Part shown: piece after piece, positions 28,690 through 38,656 of the stretch
How the letters are laid out: each line of letters starts with the position of its first letter
Numbering within the stretch: position 1 is the stretch's first letter
Source: Thermoproteota archaeon
GTDB lineage: Archaea > Korarchaeota > Korarchaeia > Korarchaeales > Korarchaeaceae
Direction of reading: 5' to 3'
Assembly: GCA_027492205.1 (NCBI GenBank)
Contig: JAOZFN010000007.1
Span: 251,278-315,277 of the forward strand
Length of the DNA: 64,000 nucleotides
Notes under the pieces: model-generated
The model's input: only the letters and a program-made list of their open reading frames with translations
Databases searched by the model: none
What the model was told of the DNA's origin: nothing
Made by a program: the position numbers and the translations under genes

Positions 28690-31023
28690 GTGCGCCCAAG
28701 ACCCCGCAAGGCCGCTGTCCTGAGGATCTCAGGCATAGTCCAGGGAGTTGGATTCAGGCCGTTCGTTCACAGGGCGGCGAGGAAGGCGGGAGTGGCCGGA
28801 TACGTCAGGAACATGGGCGGCAGCGAGGTGGAGATAAGGGTCGAGGGAGACGAGGGGCAGATAGCAGAGTTCCTGAGATTCCTGCTGCTGGAGAAGCCTC
28901 CTCCGGCCAGGATAGAGGAGCTCGCCATGGTCGAGGATCAGCCAACGGGCCTGAGGGAGTTCAAGATTCTCCCGAGCAGGAGGGGGGCCAGGCTCTACTC
29001 CATGATCCCCCCGGACCTGGCGGTGTGCGAGGACTGCATGAGAGAGGTCTACGACCCGCGGGACAGGCACTACCGATACCCCTTCAACAGCTGCGCCTGG
29101 TGCGGGCCCAGGTTCTCCATGATCGAGGCCGTCCCCTACGACAGGCCAAACACGTCCATGAGGGACTTCCCGCTATGCGACGACTGCCGGAGGGAGTACG
29201 AGGATCCCGATAACGTGAGGAGGTTCCACGCCCAGGGCATATCCTGCCCCAGGTGCGGGCCTAGGCTCTGGATGGAAGACTCTGCTGGAAACAGGCTCGA
29301 GGTGGAGGACCCGATCTCAGAGGCCGCCAGGCTGATCGATGAGGGCGCGGTGGTGGCGATAAAGGGAGTCGGCGGGTACCACATCGCCTGCCTGGCCACG
29401 GACGACGGGGTCGTGGCCCGACTAAGGGAGAGAAAGAGGAGGCCCCAGAAGCCCTTCGCTCTCATGGCCCTCGACCTAGACGCGGCGAGGGAGCACGTGG
29501 AGGTCGATCCTCAGGCGGAGGCCCTCCTGACCAGTCCGGAGAGGCCAATTGTCCTGCTGCCGAGGAGGCCCGGCTCGCCCATATCGGACCTGGTCGCGCC
29601 CGGGCTTGACACGGTCGGGGTCATGCTGCCCTATACGCCCCTGCACCACATGCTCCTGAGGGAGACCAGGGACCGCATCCTCATCATGACCAGCGGCAAC
29701 GAGCACGGCAAGCCCATGTGCACCGACGAGGAGTGCGCCAGGCGGAGGCTGTCCGGATTCGTGGATTACCTCCTCCACCACGACAGGCGGATCGTGAACA
29801 GGGTGGACGACAGCGTCGTCAGGTTCACCGCCGGCAGGGTGACCATGCTCAGGCGCGGCAGGGGTTACGCCCCCGCCTGGATAAGGCTTCCCGCCGAGCT
29901 GGAGAGACCCGTCGTGGCGTTCGGCGCGGAGCTTCAGAGCGCCGGGGCCGTGGCCTTCCGGGACAAGGTCGTGCTCACCCAGTTCATAGGGGACACCGAC
30001 GAGCTCGAGAACCTGGACTACCTCGACAGGGCCCTAAGGTTCTTCTGCGGCGCCTACGGCATAGATCCGGTCGAGGCCACGCTCGTGGCCGACGCCCACC
30101 CGGGATACGCGAGCCGGAGGCTCGCGGAGAGGTGGGCACGGCGCGCCGGGGTGGAGCTGGCGACGGTCCAGCACCACCACGCCCACATCCTCTCGGTCAT
30201 GGCCGAGCAGAGGGTGCCAGTAGGGGAGAGGGTCGTCGGCGTGGCGGTTGACGGCCTCGGCTACGGGCTGGACGGGACCCTCTGGGGAGGGGAGGTCCTC
30301 GTCGCCGGGTACGGGGGCTTCGAGAGGGTGGGGCACCTCGCGCCCCAGCCGATGCCCGGCGGCGACCTCGCGACCAGGTGGCCCGTCAGGATGCTGATCG
30401 GCGTGCTCTCCACGTTCATGTCGGACTCTGAGGTGATCGAGACGCTGTCACGACACGGGCTGACCGAGAGGCTGCCGAGGGGCGAGGTCGAGGCCAGGGT
30501 GGCCCTGTCGCAGGCCAGAGATCCGGGCGCGCCGAGGATATCCAGCGCCGGGCGGATCTTGGACGCCGTATCGGCGCTTCTCGGGGTCTGCTTCGAGAGG
30601 ACCTACGAGGGAGAGCCGGCGATGAAGCTGGAGGCCCGCGCGAGGGGTGGGAAACTGGTCGAGGGCGTCGAGGCCCCGGTTAGCCGGGGCGGCGTCGCGG
30701 TGGTGGACACCTCGCGCCTGGTCGAGTCCGTGATGGAGCGCCTGGGAGACGCCGACGCCGGGGACCTCGCCTACACCGCGACGTACCTGCTGGGGCGCGC
30801 GCTCGGTGAGGTGGCGGGGGAGGCCGCGGCGCGACTGGACGCCCACTTCGTGGCGGTCTCGGGGGGCGCCGCCGTGAACACCCTGCTCGTCAGGGGGGTG
30901 GAGGACGCCCTGGCCGAGCGGGACCTAGAGGTAAGGCTGAACTCGAGGGTTCCGGCCGGCGACGGGGGAATTGCCCTGGGCCAGGCTGCCTTCGCCCTCG
31001 CCCTGGGGCTGCGGGAGGGTTGA
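28690..31023 (+). CDS. hypF: Carbamoyltransferase HypF
   Basis: GIVQGVGFRPF, two zinc fingers, QHHHAH, GDGGIALGQ. Confidence 0.96.
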   Translation: MRPRPRKAAVLRISGIVQGVGFRPFVHRAARKAGVAGYVRNMGGSEVEIRVEGDEGQIAEFLRFLLLEKPPPARIEELAMVEDQPTGLREFKILPSRRGARLYSMIPPDLAVCEDCMREVYDPRDRHYRYPFNSCAWCGPRFSMIEAVPYDRPNTSMRDFPLCDDCRREYEDPDNVRRFHAQGISCPRCGPRLWMEDSAGNRLEVEDPISEAARLIDEGAVVAIKGVGGYHIACLATDDGVVARLRERKRRPQKPFALMALDLDAAREHVEVDPQAEALLTSPERPIVLLPRRPGSPISDLVAPGLDTVGVMLPYTPLHHMLLRETRDRILIMTSGNEHGKPMCTDEECARRRLSGFVDYLLHHDRRIVNRVDDSVVRFTAGRVTMLRRGRGYAPAWIRLPAELERPVVAFGAELQSAGAVAFRDKVVLTQFIGDTDELENLDYLDRALRFFCGAYGIDPVEATLVADAHPGYASRRLAERWARRAGVELATVQHHHAHILSVMAEQRVPVGERVVGVAVDGLGYGLDGTLWGGEVLVAGYGGFERVGHLAPQPMPGGDLATRWPVRMLIGVLSTFMSDSEVIETLSRHGLTERLPRGEVEARVALSQARDPGAPRISSAGRILDAVSALLGVCFERTYEGEPAMKLEARARGGKLVEGVEAPVSRGGVAVVDTSRLVESVMERLGDADAGDLAYTATYLLGRALGEVAGEAAARLDAHFVAVSGGAAVNTLLVRGVEDALAERDLEVRLNSRVPAGDGGIALGQAAFALALGLREG

Positions 31024-31044
31024 GCTCAGCCCGGGCCTGAAGGG

Positions 31045-31827
31045 TCAGGCGCCCAAGAACCTCCTGGCGTTACCGGCCACGAGATCCTCGACCTCGTCCA
31101 CTGGGGTACCGAGGCTGGCGAGGTGGTGCGCCACCTTCATCACGGCCAGAGGGTCCGAGTCCTCCCTGCCCGCGTCGCTGTTCACCACCATGAGGAGCCT
31201 GCGGTCGCGGGCGTACCTCAGGGCCTCGGCGACTTGCTCCTCCGTCAGCTTGCCCTGCTGAACTGTGAGCCCCAGGTAATATCCCCTGGGGACCTCCCGG
31301 AGCAGATCCAGCGTCAGGTGGTCGATGAGGACCCTCTCCGGCTGGAGCCTGGATTCCCGGAGGATCCTCAGCGCCAGCCGGAGGGCCTCGGCCTTCCCCA
31401 CCCTGGGGGTGTGGACTATCACGGGCCTGTCCAGCCTCTCGGCCATGTCCAGCTGCCTCGCGAAGACCTCCCTCTCGAGGTTAGAGCCCGTCTCCAGCCC
31501 AACCTCGCCCAGCACGTCGGCGCTGGGCAGGTACTCCTCCACGTAGGCCAAGGCGTCGGACCTGCCCGTCCGGGGGATGTTCCTGGGGTGGATCCCGACG
31601 CCTATCACGGGCCTGATGCCCACCCTCTCGAAGCGGTCCCTCTCCTCCTCGACGAGCCACTCGAACAGGTCCCTCAGGGTCGAGGCCGAGGAGGGCCTCA
31701 CCGGGATGTAGGCCAGGCAGGCCGCAGCCCGGTAGCTGGCCTCCCTGAGCATCACGAGGGTGGAGTAGTTGCTGAACTGGTGGTGGGAGTGGGGATCCAC
31801 TATCCTGATCCCCGCCAGCCCGCTCAT
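31045..31827 (-). CDS. TatD-like metal-dependent hydrolase
   Basis: DPHSH, GIHP, GEVGLE, IVHTP, IDH, NSD. Confidence 0.85.
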   Translation of the reverse strand: MSGLAGIRIVDPHSHHQFSNYSTLVMLREASYRAAACLAYIPVRPSSASTLRDLFEWLVEEERDRFERVGIRPVIGVGIHPRNIPRTGRSDALAYVEEYLPSADVLGEVGLETGSNLEREVFARQLDMAERLDRPVIVHTPRVGKAEALRLALRILRESRLQPERVLIDHLTLDLLREVPRGYYLGLTVQQGKLTEEQVAEALRYARDRRLLMVVNSDAGREDSDPLAVMKVAHHLASLGTPVDEVEDLVAGNARRFLGA

Positions 31828-31881
31828 CGCTTCGACCGAGGGCGAGGGGGTACTTATGCCTTCTCCCCCCTCCGGCGGCGG

Positions 31882-33300
31882 TCAGGCCTCTTCCAGGCCA
31901 CCCGGCCGCTTGGAGGAGTACCTCTCCAGGACCTCGTGGAAGCGGTCCCTCACGGGCTTGTAGGCCTTCTCGAAGAACTCCCTCTGGCTCAGCAGGACCT
32001 CGCGCGGAAAGGTGGACAGGTAGTTCAGCGCGGCCCTCCAGGCCTCCTCGTAGGGGACCGCCCGGGCTATCTTGGAGGCGATCTGCCTGTCGTAGTCCTC
32101 CGGCCTCTGGACCTGGTCTCCTATCTCGAAGTAGCCGTCCTCGGAGAGGTAGGCCACCTCGTCCCCCAGGGCCTCGAACCTGGGTCTCTCGGCCTCCTCC
32201 GCCTCCAGCAGGGTCTTCTGCCTGGGCGACGTCGGCCTGGGCCTCCGCACCCTGCCGCCGGTCCTCTTCGCCCAGGCGTAGAATATCGCCCTGTTCAGGC
32301 CGAAGGACTTGGCCCTCTCCAGGTCCCCCCTGAGGAGGTAGTACCTGGCCGCCTGGAGGAGCCCCATGACCTGGAACCTGCCGATCTTCCTGGCCCTCGT
32401 CCCGGTCGATGGGGCGCTCGGCCTCCTGGCCGGGGTCCTGGCGAGGGGGGCGCCCACCCTGGTCCTGACCTCGCCAGAGGCCTTTGCGGTGAAGTACCCT
32501 CCCACCTCCCCCAGCGCGCGCCTGGCCAGCTCGTCGGCCTCGCCCACCTCGTGCTCCCTCCAGTCTGGGTTGTGCCTGAACCCGTCGGGCCTCAGCCAGT
32601 CCAAGTCGAAGTCGTCGATCTCGTCGGGCCTGAAGCAGACCGCGACGACGTCGAGCTCCCTGTGGAGCGAGAGCGGGACCGTGAAGACCCTCTTCATGTC
32701 CATGTCGTTCTCCACGGCCAGAGCCCGCCGACCCCGAGGCGCCTCGCTGGCCAGCTCGGCCACGCGGTCCTCTATCCCCCTGATCACGTACTCCACCACC
32801 GCGTAGGCCAGGTCGAGCGGGTGGTGCTCCGACCTCAGCTCCGGCGAGAACGCCTCCTCGTGGAGGTGGACGTGGCAGCCTCTGCCGGACCACTTGAGGT
32901 AGACCGACTTCACGACGCCGGCCCGCTCGAGCTCCTCGACTATCAGCCTGGCGGCCTCGAGGGTCTGCTTCCAGCCCTCGAGCTCGTTGTCTATGTCCCA
33001 GACTGCCGTGGTCGCCGAGACGTTTTCGGGCTTGTCCACATCAAACCGGGAGGCCAGCCGAGAGTAGAGGTTGGCCGTAGCGTAGATGGCCCTGGGCCTG
33101 GCGAAGGCGAACCTCCTTATGACGGCCGGGACGTCGCCGGGAGAGCCTATGGCGAGGGGCTCATCGCCCCGGTACCTGAAGAACGTCCTCCTGCCGCCCC
33201 TGGCTCCGCCCTCGACCGCCACCCACCTGGAACGCGCGTAATCAGCGATCTCCGTCGAGACATCCTCGCGGGAGTAGTGGGTCAGGGGATCGGCCGCCAA
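31882..33300 (-). CDS. Archaeo-eukaryotic primase (AEP)-like domain fused to an uncharacterised helical domain
   Basis: WDIDN (DxD), KWSGRGCHVH, ENDMD..RVFTVPLSLH; linker, then RFQVMGLLQAAR...GLNRAIFYAWAKR domain. Confidence 0.7.
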   Translation of the reverse strand: MAADPLTHYSREDVSTEIADYARSRWVAVEGGARGGRRTFFRYRGDEPLAIGSPGDVPAVIRRFAFARPRAIYATANLYSRLASRFDVDKPENVSATTAVWDIDNELEGWKQTLEAARLIVEELERAGVVKSVYLKWSGRGCHVHLHEEAFSPELRSEHHPLDLAYAVVEYVIRGIEDRVAELASEAPRGRRALAVENDMDMKRVFTVPLSLHRELDVVAVCFRPDEIDDFDLDWLRPDGFRHNPDWREHEVGEADELARRALGEVGGYFTAKASGEVRTRVGAPLARTPARRPSAPSTGTRARKIGRFQVMGLLQAARYYLLRGDLERAKSFGLNRAIFYAWAKRTGGRVRRPRPTSPRQKTLLEAEEAERPRFEALGDEVAYLSEDGYFEIGDQVQRPEDYDRQIASKIARAVPYEEAWRAALNYLSTFPREVLLSQREFFEKAYKPVRDRFHEVLERYSSKRPGGLEEA

Positions 33301-33830
33301 CCCTGCCGCCCTAAACTAACGGCCGTGACCTCTGGAAAAAGGTTCTGTGCTTTATATCTAGAGGGCGGGCCTGGGTCGGAGTTGCCTTATTGAGGATCAA
33401 TCTCGGCGAGGTTGTCTACGTGCGCTCCGAGGGGTTCTCCAGAGGGCGCAGCTCTTCGGCTTGAGAGTTCCATGCTCCAATGCCATGGTCTCGAAGAGGG
33501 TCTGGAGCGACGGCGATCCTCGCCGCGCCGGCGGGGTTGTTGGCGGATGAGTCGACTCGGCTCGTGAGGAGGGATCGCCGGAGTGGAGGGGCCTCGGGGG
33601 GAGGAATGGGCTGTTCGCCAAGACCCTCCACGCGAACTGCGTCGGAATAGAGGAGGGCCTCGGATCCTCAGATGTGGGGCTCGTGAGCGGCTCCCTGCCC
33701 CCTCCTGAGCGGGGCCCCGGGTATAGGCTAATCCGTCGCCTCCTCCATTGGGGCCGTGAGGGAGGAGCCCGACGCAGACTGAGGCCTCTGGGGCCGAAGG
33801 AATATTTGCAAGCCGCGAGGCGGGCTCGCG

Positions 33831-34394
33831 ATGACCTGGGACGAGGCCGTCTCCCTGGCGCTGTCGCCCACCACCTTCTCCGCGATCGTGGTGGCGGCGC
33901 TCTCTCTTAGACTCGAACTCCCACCCACAGAGGTCGCCGCAGCTTTCGCATTCCTAGTGCTGGGTCCGGTCGTTCCGGTCCTCGCCTTGGCCCGCTCCGG
34001 GGCAGCCGACATATTCGTCAGCGACCGCGCGACGAGGACGCCCCTTCTGGTCCTCGCGGTCGCGAGCTACGCGGCGGGATTCCTCTACTTCCGACATCTG
34101 GGTGTGAGGGAGGTCGAGTTCGCCTTCCTGGCCTACGCCCTCGTGACTTCGGGGATGACCCTCGTAAACGAGCTTCACACGAAGGGGAGCATACACGTCG
34201 CGGGCGTCGTGGGGCCGGGGCTCACCCTTCTCCTGCTGGGTGACTGGGTCGGCGCGGCGGTGCTCGCGACGGCCCCGGCGGTCGGGTGGGTCAGGCTGAG
34301 GATGGGCGCCCACAGCCCCTCTCAGGTGCTGATAGGCGCGCTGGCGGCGCTGATCCTCACCCCGGCAGCCTACGCAGTGCTCTGGCTCGCCTGA
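33831..34394 (+). CDS. Membrane protein, PAP2-like
   Basis: KGSIH and RLRMGAHSPSQVLIG motifs, TM helices. Confidence 0.6.
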   Translation: MTWDEAVSLALSPTTFSAIVVAALSLRLELPPTEVAAAFAFLVLGPVVPVLALARSGAADIFVSDRATRTPLLVLAVASYAAGFLYFRHLGVREVEFAFLAYALVTSGMTLVNELHTKGSIHVAGVVGPGLTLLLLGDWVGAAVLATAPAVGWVRLRMGAHSPSQVLIGALAALILTPAAYAVLWLA

Positions 34395-34436
34395 GGCGGG
34401 CCGCGGCGCGGCGGATGCCGTCGCCCGCTGACTCCC

Positions 34437-35531
34437 TTAGGAGCTGATGAGGCGCTGGATTACTTCCTCCGCTCTCTGCGCCTCCCTACCGAAGATCCCG
34501 TCAACGGCCACGACCCTTCTGGCGCCGTCGCGCTCGGCCACGGCGTAGTAGTGCGGGAGGAAGATCATTCTGGGCCCGGTCGCCTCGACTCCCAGGAGCA
34601 GCTCTAGCCTCAGGGCCGCCTCACCCACGGACATCCTGGGCTCCAAGAGTCTCTCCCTAGGCCTGCCCCTCTTCGCCCCCACCCTGAGGAGGGAGATCGA
34701 CCCGTCCACCTTCGGGGGGCTGAACCCCAGGGACACTCTCTCGACCTCCGAGTCGTCCACGAGCTTTCTGCCAGCCAGGGTTCTGACGGTAGCGTCCACG
34801 GTATCGAAGTCGAGCCCCAACGAGGCCGCCAGATCCTCAATGAGGGCCGGACCAGCCCTGAGCCCAGAGAGGACCGTCAGCTCAGTGTCCGTCAGGTCCT
34901 CGGGCAGGACGAGCCTCTGAACCTCCCCCTCCCTGAAGATCAGGAGATCGCCGGTCAGGGCGTCAACCGCCGCGAAACCCTCGAGCGACCTTACCGAGAA
35001 CTCGTAGACCGGGAGGTAAATCAGCGCCACCCTCGAAGCCAGCTTCTCCTTCTTACCCACCAAGGGCCTCCTCAAGAGGCCCTGAATTCTCTCCACGGCC
35101 CTCGTGAGCCTGAGCCTCGGGGGTAGGTGGTAGATCCTCAACTCGTGAGGGTACACTCCCGCCCTCGGCAGATCCCTGGTGAGCTCCTCCACCTTTGGGC
35201 CGTCCCAGAGCAGGACCCTCTTTCCTGCGACCTCCATGGCCTCGGGTGTGAACCAGGACGCGGTGGCGAGCACGCCCTTGTCCAGCTCCAAGTCGTCCAG
35301 GATCTGGGTAAACTCATAGACCTCGTCGGCACCAACCGGCTCCCTCCTGTCGAGGCACATGACCGCAATCCGGGAGGTGTGGAGGGGCGCCCTGTACTCT
35401 GCGTAGGCGTGGATCGTGTGCGCGCGTCCTGACCTGCCCTCCATGGTCACGTCGGGGCGGACGCGGTAACCCCTAGACTTGAGGAGCCTGATTATTCTCT
35501 CCTTAAGTGGGAGTCGCCCGTCAGAGGGCAA
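34437..35531 (-). CDS. Mrr-like restriction-endonuclease-fold protein with a winged-helix domain
   Basis: LLKSRGYRV...GRSGRAH, KGVLATASWFTPEA; later wHTH LIEDLAASLGLDFDTV. Confidence 0.7.
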   Translation of the reverse strand: MPSDGRLPLKERIIRLLKSRGYRVRPDVTMEGRSGRAHTIHAYAEYRAPLHTSRIAVMCLDRREPVGADEVYEFTQILDDLELDKGVLATASWFTPEAMEVAGKRVLLWDGPKVEELTRDLPRAGVYPHELRIYHLPPRLRLTRAVERIQGLLRRPLVGKKEKLASRVALIYLPVYEFSVRSLEGFAAVDALTGDLLIFREGEVQRLVLPEDLTDTELTVLSGLRAGPALIEDLAASLGLDFDTVDATVRTLAGRKLVDDSEVERVSLGFSPPKVDGSISLLRVGAKRGRPRERLLEPRMSVGEAALRLELLLGVEATGPRMIFLPHYYAVAERDGARRVVAVDGIFGREAQRAEEVIQRLISS

Positions 35532-35619
35532 TTCGTGACCCTCTGAGCAGAATATGATAAAAGGGAGATCCGACCATCGCCGGTTCGGCTGTTGCCCGGG
35601 TGGAATCGTCTCCCCAAGA

Positions 35620-36870
35620 TGCTTCTTGGTGTAGAGGATGCTTGTGGGAGCCTAAAGTCCTCCCCCCGGTAGCGTGACTCGGAGTACTGCGAAGTAAGCG
35701 GATTCTGCGTGGGCCTGATGCCCGTCGGGACCTCCGAGAGGCCGGGACATGATGGCGTGAAAGGGGGGATACGACGGTCATGCCGCAGATGGGAGCTACG
35801 GCCACATTGACATGTCTGATGGCACTGCCTTGATCTTCGCCCAGGCTGAGGCTCTGATCTACGATGGGGATGAGGCGAGGAGGGTTTGTGAAGGCGGACG
35901 CCTACCTCTATCCCCTCACATTAGTGGGGGACTTCGAGTCTAGGTTCTCCGAGGATGTCGAGCACAGGGTCGCCATTGACGCCCTCAGGGAGGCTCCGAA
36001 GGGAGGTTACCCGCTGCTCGACGGCTCCGTCATAGCCAGACAGATCAACGCCGCCATCGGCTTCGAGAGGCATGGGGTGTTCGCGGCGCGCCATGCTATG
36101 AACCTCTACAGTCTGATAGAGGAGGCCAGGAGGAACTACAGGGTAGCAGCGGTGTCGAAGGGCAGCAAGACCAGGGTCTACACGACGGCCCTGATAGATA
36201 GGGCGGCCAAGGAGATAGAGCCCAGAGATGTGAGGGAGGAGGCGATAATCTCCAACCTCCTCGGGAGGAGGTACATGGGAGCCTACAAGTTGCTGGAGGG
36301 GATCAAGGAGGAGGGCAGGGCGGTCAGTCCCGAGCTGGAGAGGCTCGTGTACGAGGAGATGGGGGGGCTCACGGATGTGAGGCTGATAGCCAGCTCGGGC
36401 GTGATGCCGCCCGGCAGGACCGAGGTCCTGAAGGTCGGTCCATACGTCGCTACTGCCTACAAGATAATGGAGAGGCTCTCCGGGAATCCCAAGGCTGCAA
36501 AGGAGCAAGTGCTCGAATCAGGGGTAACCCACCTGGAGCTGTCTAGGGGGGTGATAAGCAGGGCTCAGGCGGAAGGCCTCGCCATATCTGGAACGGAGAC
36601 GCTGTTCAGGCTGCCGCCCTGTGCCCTGACCTACGTCTAGTTCAGGGGGGACGACGATCCCCTGAAGGTGGACGTCCCCCTCGAGGGACGCTGGGTGGAT
36701 GTGGGACAGGAGCTGGAGTTCATTGAGGACCCCGATTTCCTTCCCGGGGTTCTGGGGATCCTCCACTACGGACGCTGGGCCTAGAAACCACAGCGTCTGG
36801 CTGGAGGTCGTCGATGTGTACGAATCCACCATCGACAAGTCTTTTTTATATCGTCGATCTATTTATAAGG
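35620..36870 (+). pseudogene. nurA: NurA-family nuclease pseudogene
   Basis: AADGS motif near 35785 in one frame; EHRVAIDAL, LLDGSV, AVSKGS in the next; TAG at 36638-36640, then DPLKVDVP; frameshifted NHSVWLEVVD tail. Boundaries approximate. Confidence 0.7.
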
Positions 36871-37143
36871 TAACGTCCCTCCAACTCATCGAGGGGATTG
36901 GGATAAGCGAGAGGGGCGGTAAGTCACACTCCTTAGAGCTCCCCGCGACCAAAACCATCGTTGGGAGGAGCGGGAAGGAGCTGGCAGAGGAGGCGAAGAG
37001 GTACGGAGTTAGTGTAGCTTGGATAGCCTCTAGCTTCAAGAGGAGGCCTGAGGAGGTTGACCACGTTGACGAGGATTCAGTCATCAGGTTAGAGGCCGAT
37101 AGCCTGTCGGACATAGTCAGGTTCCTCGAGGGGATAAGGGAGG

Positions 37144-38082
37144 ATGGTTAGCGTCTATGTCCTCTCCCTATTTTTCGGCAAGAGCGACCAGGAATCCCTG
37201 GTCCGCAACTTCCTGAGGGCCCTATCCGAGAGCATGCCAGACCACGTTAGTCAGGGAAAGCTGGACGTGAAGCTGGGCTTCTCAGGGGGCCCTCTTATGG
37301 GTGGGATCGTATTCGACTCCTGGGATCTCTCCAAGGAATACCCGACCATGGAGGTCGACAGGGTTTTGATCCCAGTGGAGACGCCAGTCAGGGTCCACAG
37401 GTCCCATAAGGGCGACGCGATAAGGTTCTGGCTGGACTGGTACAGGGAGTTCGGGGATAAGGACAGCGTCGCCATATACGTAGACGGCGAGGGCATATCG
37501 CCGAGGCAGGTCTGGAAGCACCTGGAGAGCCTACCTAGGGGAGGGGCGACCCTCTCCCTCAGGACCAATCCAGACTGGGGGATAGGGGAAGAGAGGAAGC
37601 TGGCGGAGATGTTCGAGCTCTGGCTAGTGGGGAGGATATTCGGGATAGATCCACCGCCTGACGGCCAGTGCGGCCTGTGGGCCCTTTCCTGGGAGGCAGT
37701 CCACGCCGTGAACCTGAGCTCCAGGACCTTCGAGGTGGAACTCGACCTGCTTACGGAGCTTCTCATAAACAGGGTGCCCCTGAGGTTCATAAGCGTTGAG
37801 GTGGAGCCATTAGGGGAGACCACGTTTAGAAAGAGGGATCACAGAAGGAAGCTCCTCTTCCTCGCGGCGAAGTTCAAGCTGAGCCCTGAAGCTTTAGTGG
37901 AGGAGCTCGAGTCGTTTAGGAGGGGCCTCGGTGGATCGTTAAGCGAAATCGAGGAAGCTGTAAGGGAGGTGTCATCTCTCATAAAGAAGGTTCCGAACTA
38001 TCGATCCATCTACAGGAGAGTTCCCCCTATCTACGAGGGGACGGCCAACATCCTGGGGGGTTGGAGGCCACCGCCCTCCTGA
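37144..38082 (+). CDS. Glycosyltransferase family 2-like (GT-A fold) protein
   Basis: HKGDAIR, YVDGEG, DGQCGLWALS, FEVELDLL. Confidence 0.6.
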   Translation: MVSVYVLSLFFGKSDQESLVRNFLRALSESMPDHVSQGKLDVKLGFSGGPLMGGIVFDSWDLSKEYPTMEVDRVLIPVETPVRVHRSHKGDAIRFWLDWYREFGDKDSVAIYVDGEGISPRQVWKHLESLPRGGATLSLRTNPDWGIGEERKLAEMFELWLVGRIFGIDPPPDGQCGLWALSWEAVHAVNLSSRTFEVELDLLTELLINRVPLRFISVEVEPLGETTFRKRDHRRKLLFLAAKFKLSPEALVEELESFRRGLGGSLSEIEEAVREVSSLIKKVPNYRSIYRRVPPIYEGTANILGGWRPPPS

Positions 38083-38166
38083 CCTCCCAGCTCTCGTCCT
38101 CAGCGAGCTTAGCCAGCAACTCAGGGGGCGTGCTGGGGTTACTGGCAACTGCCTCCCTGACCGACC

Positions 38167-38312
38167 GGATGGGCTGCTACATAAGATGAAACAAATCGCG
38201 CGCGCCTCGGATGGGGGGTCCCGGAGATCATGTAGGCCAGGATGGGCTGCTACATAAGATGAAACAAATCGCGCGCGCCTCGGATGGGGGGTCCCGGAGA
38301 TCATGTAGGCCA
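38167..38312. repeat. Perfect 73-bp tandem duplication
   Basis: GGATGGGCTGCTACATAAG...ATGTAGGCCA at 38167-38239 and 38240-38312. Confidence 0.92.
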
Positions 38313-38656
38313 AGGCTATGCCCCCCTCGTCTTTCTCGGCCCTCTCCCCCCTGATTCTCCTGAACTCCCTGGCAATCGGGCTGCCCCTCCTGGTGAGGAC
38401 CAAGACCTGCAACCTCCTGAGTCGTCCGAGCGCCAGCCCTCCAACGGCTATTTCGTAGCGCCCCGTCGCGCGCGGCCGCCCGCAGCAGGTTCGGGTCCCG
38501 CTGGGAGGTCGGCTCCTGGCCGGAATCTCCGATCGGATCTCGGCAATGGGGTGAGGGAATCCCCTCCCGGGAAGTTGGTCATCGGAAGCTGGGGCCCTGC
38601 TCGCCCGAGCGGCCCAGGCGCGACTCATTCATTTATATTCTCTCTTTAATGCTACC

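Noticed and set aside
31123-33393. 756-aa plus-strand ORF and similar long shadow ORFs (for example 11614-13239, 21773-23086)
   Set aside because: Antisense to well-supported genes; expected in high-GC DNA and lacking motifs.
33390-33830. Structured RNA or gene between the AEP and PAP2-like genes
   Set aside because: No recognisable RNA motif; short broken frames suggest decayed coding DNA that I cannot assign.
38167-38312. CRISPR array
   Set aside because: Only two adjacent 73-bp units without spacers; no cas genes in the window.
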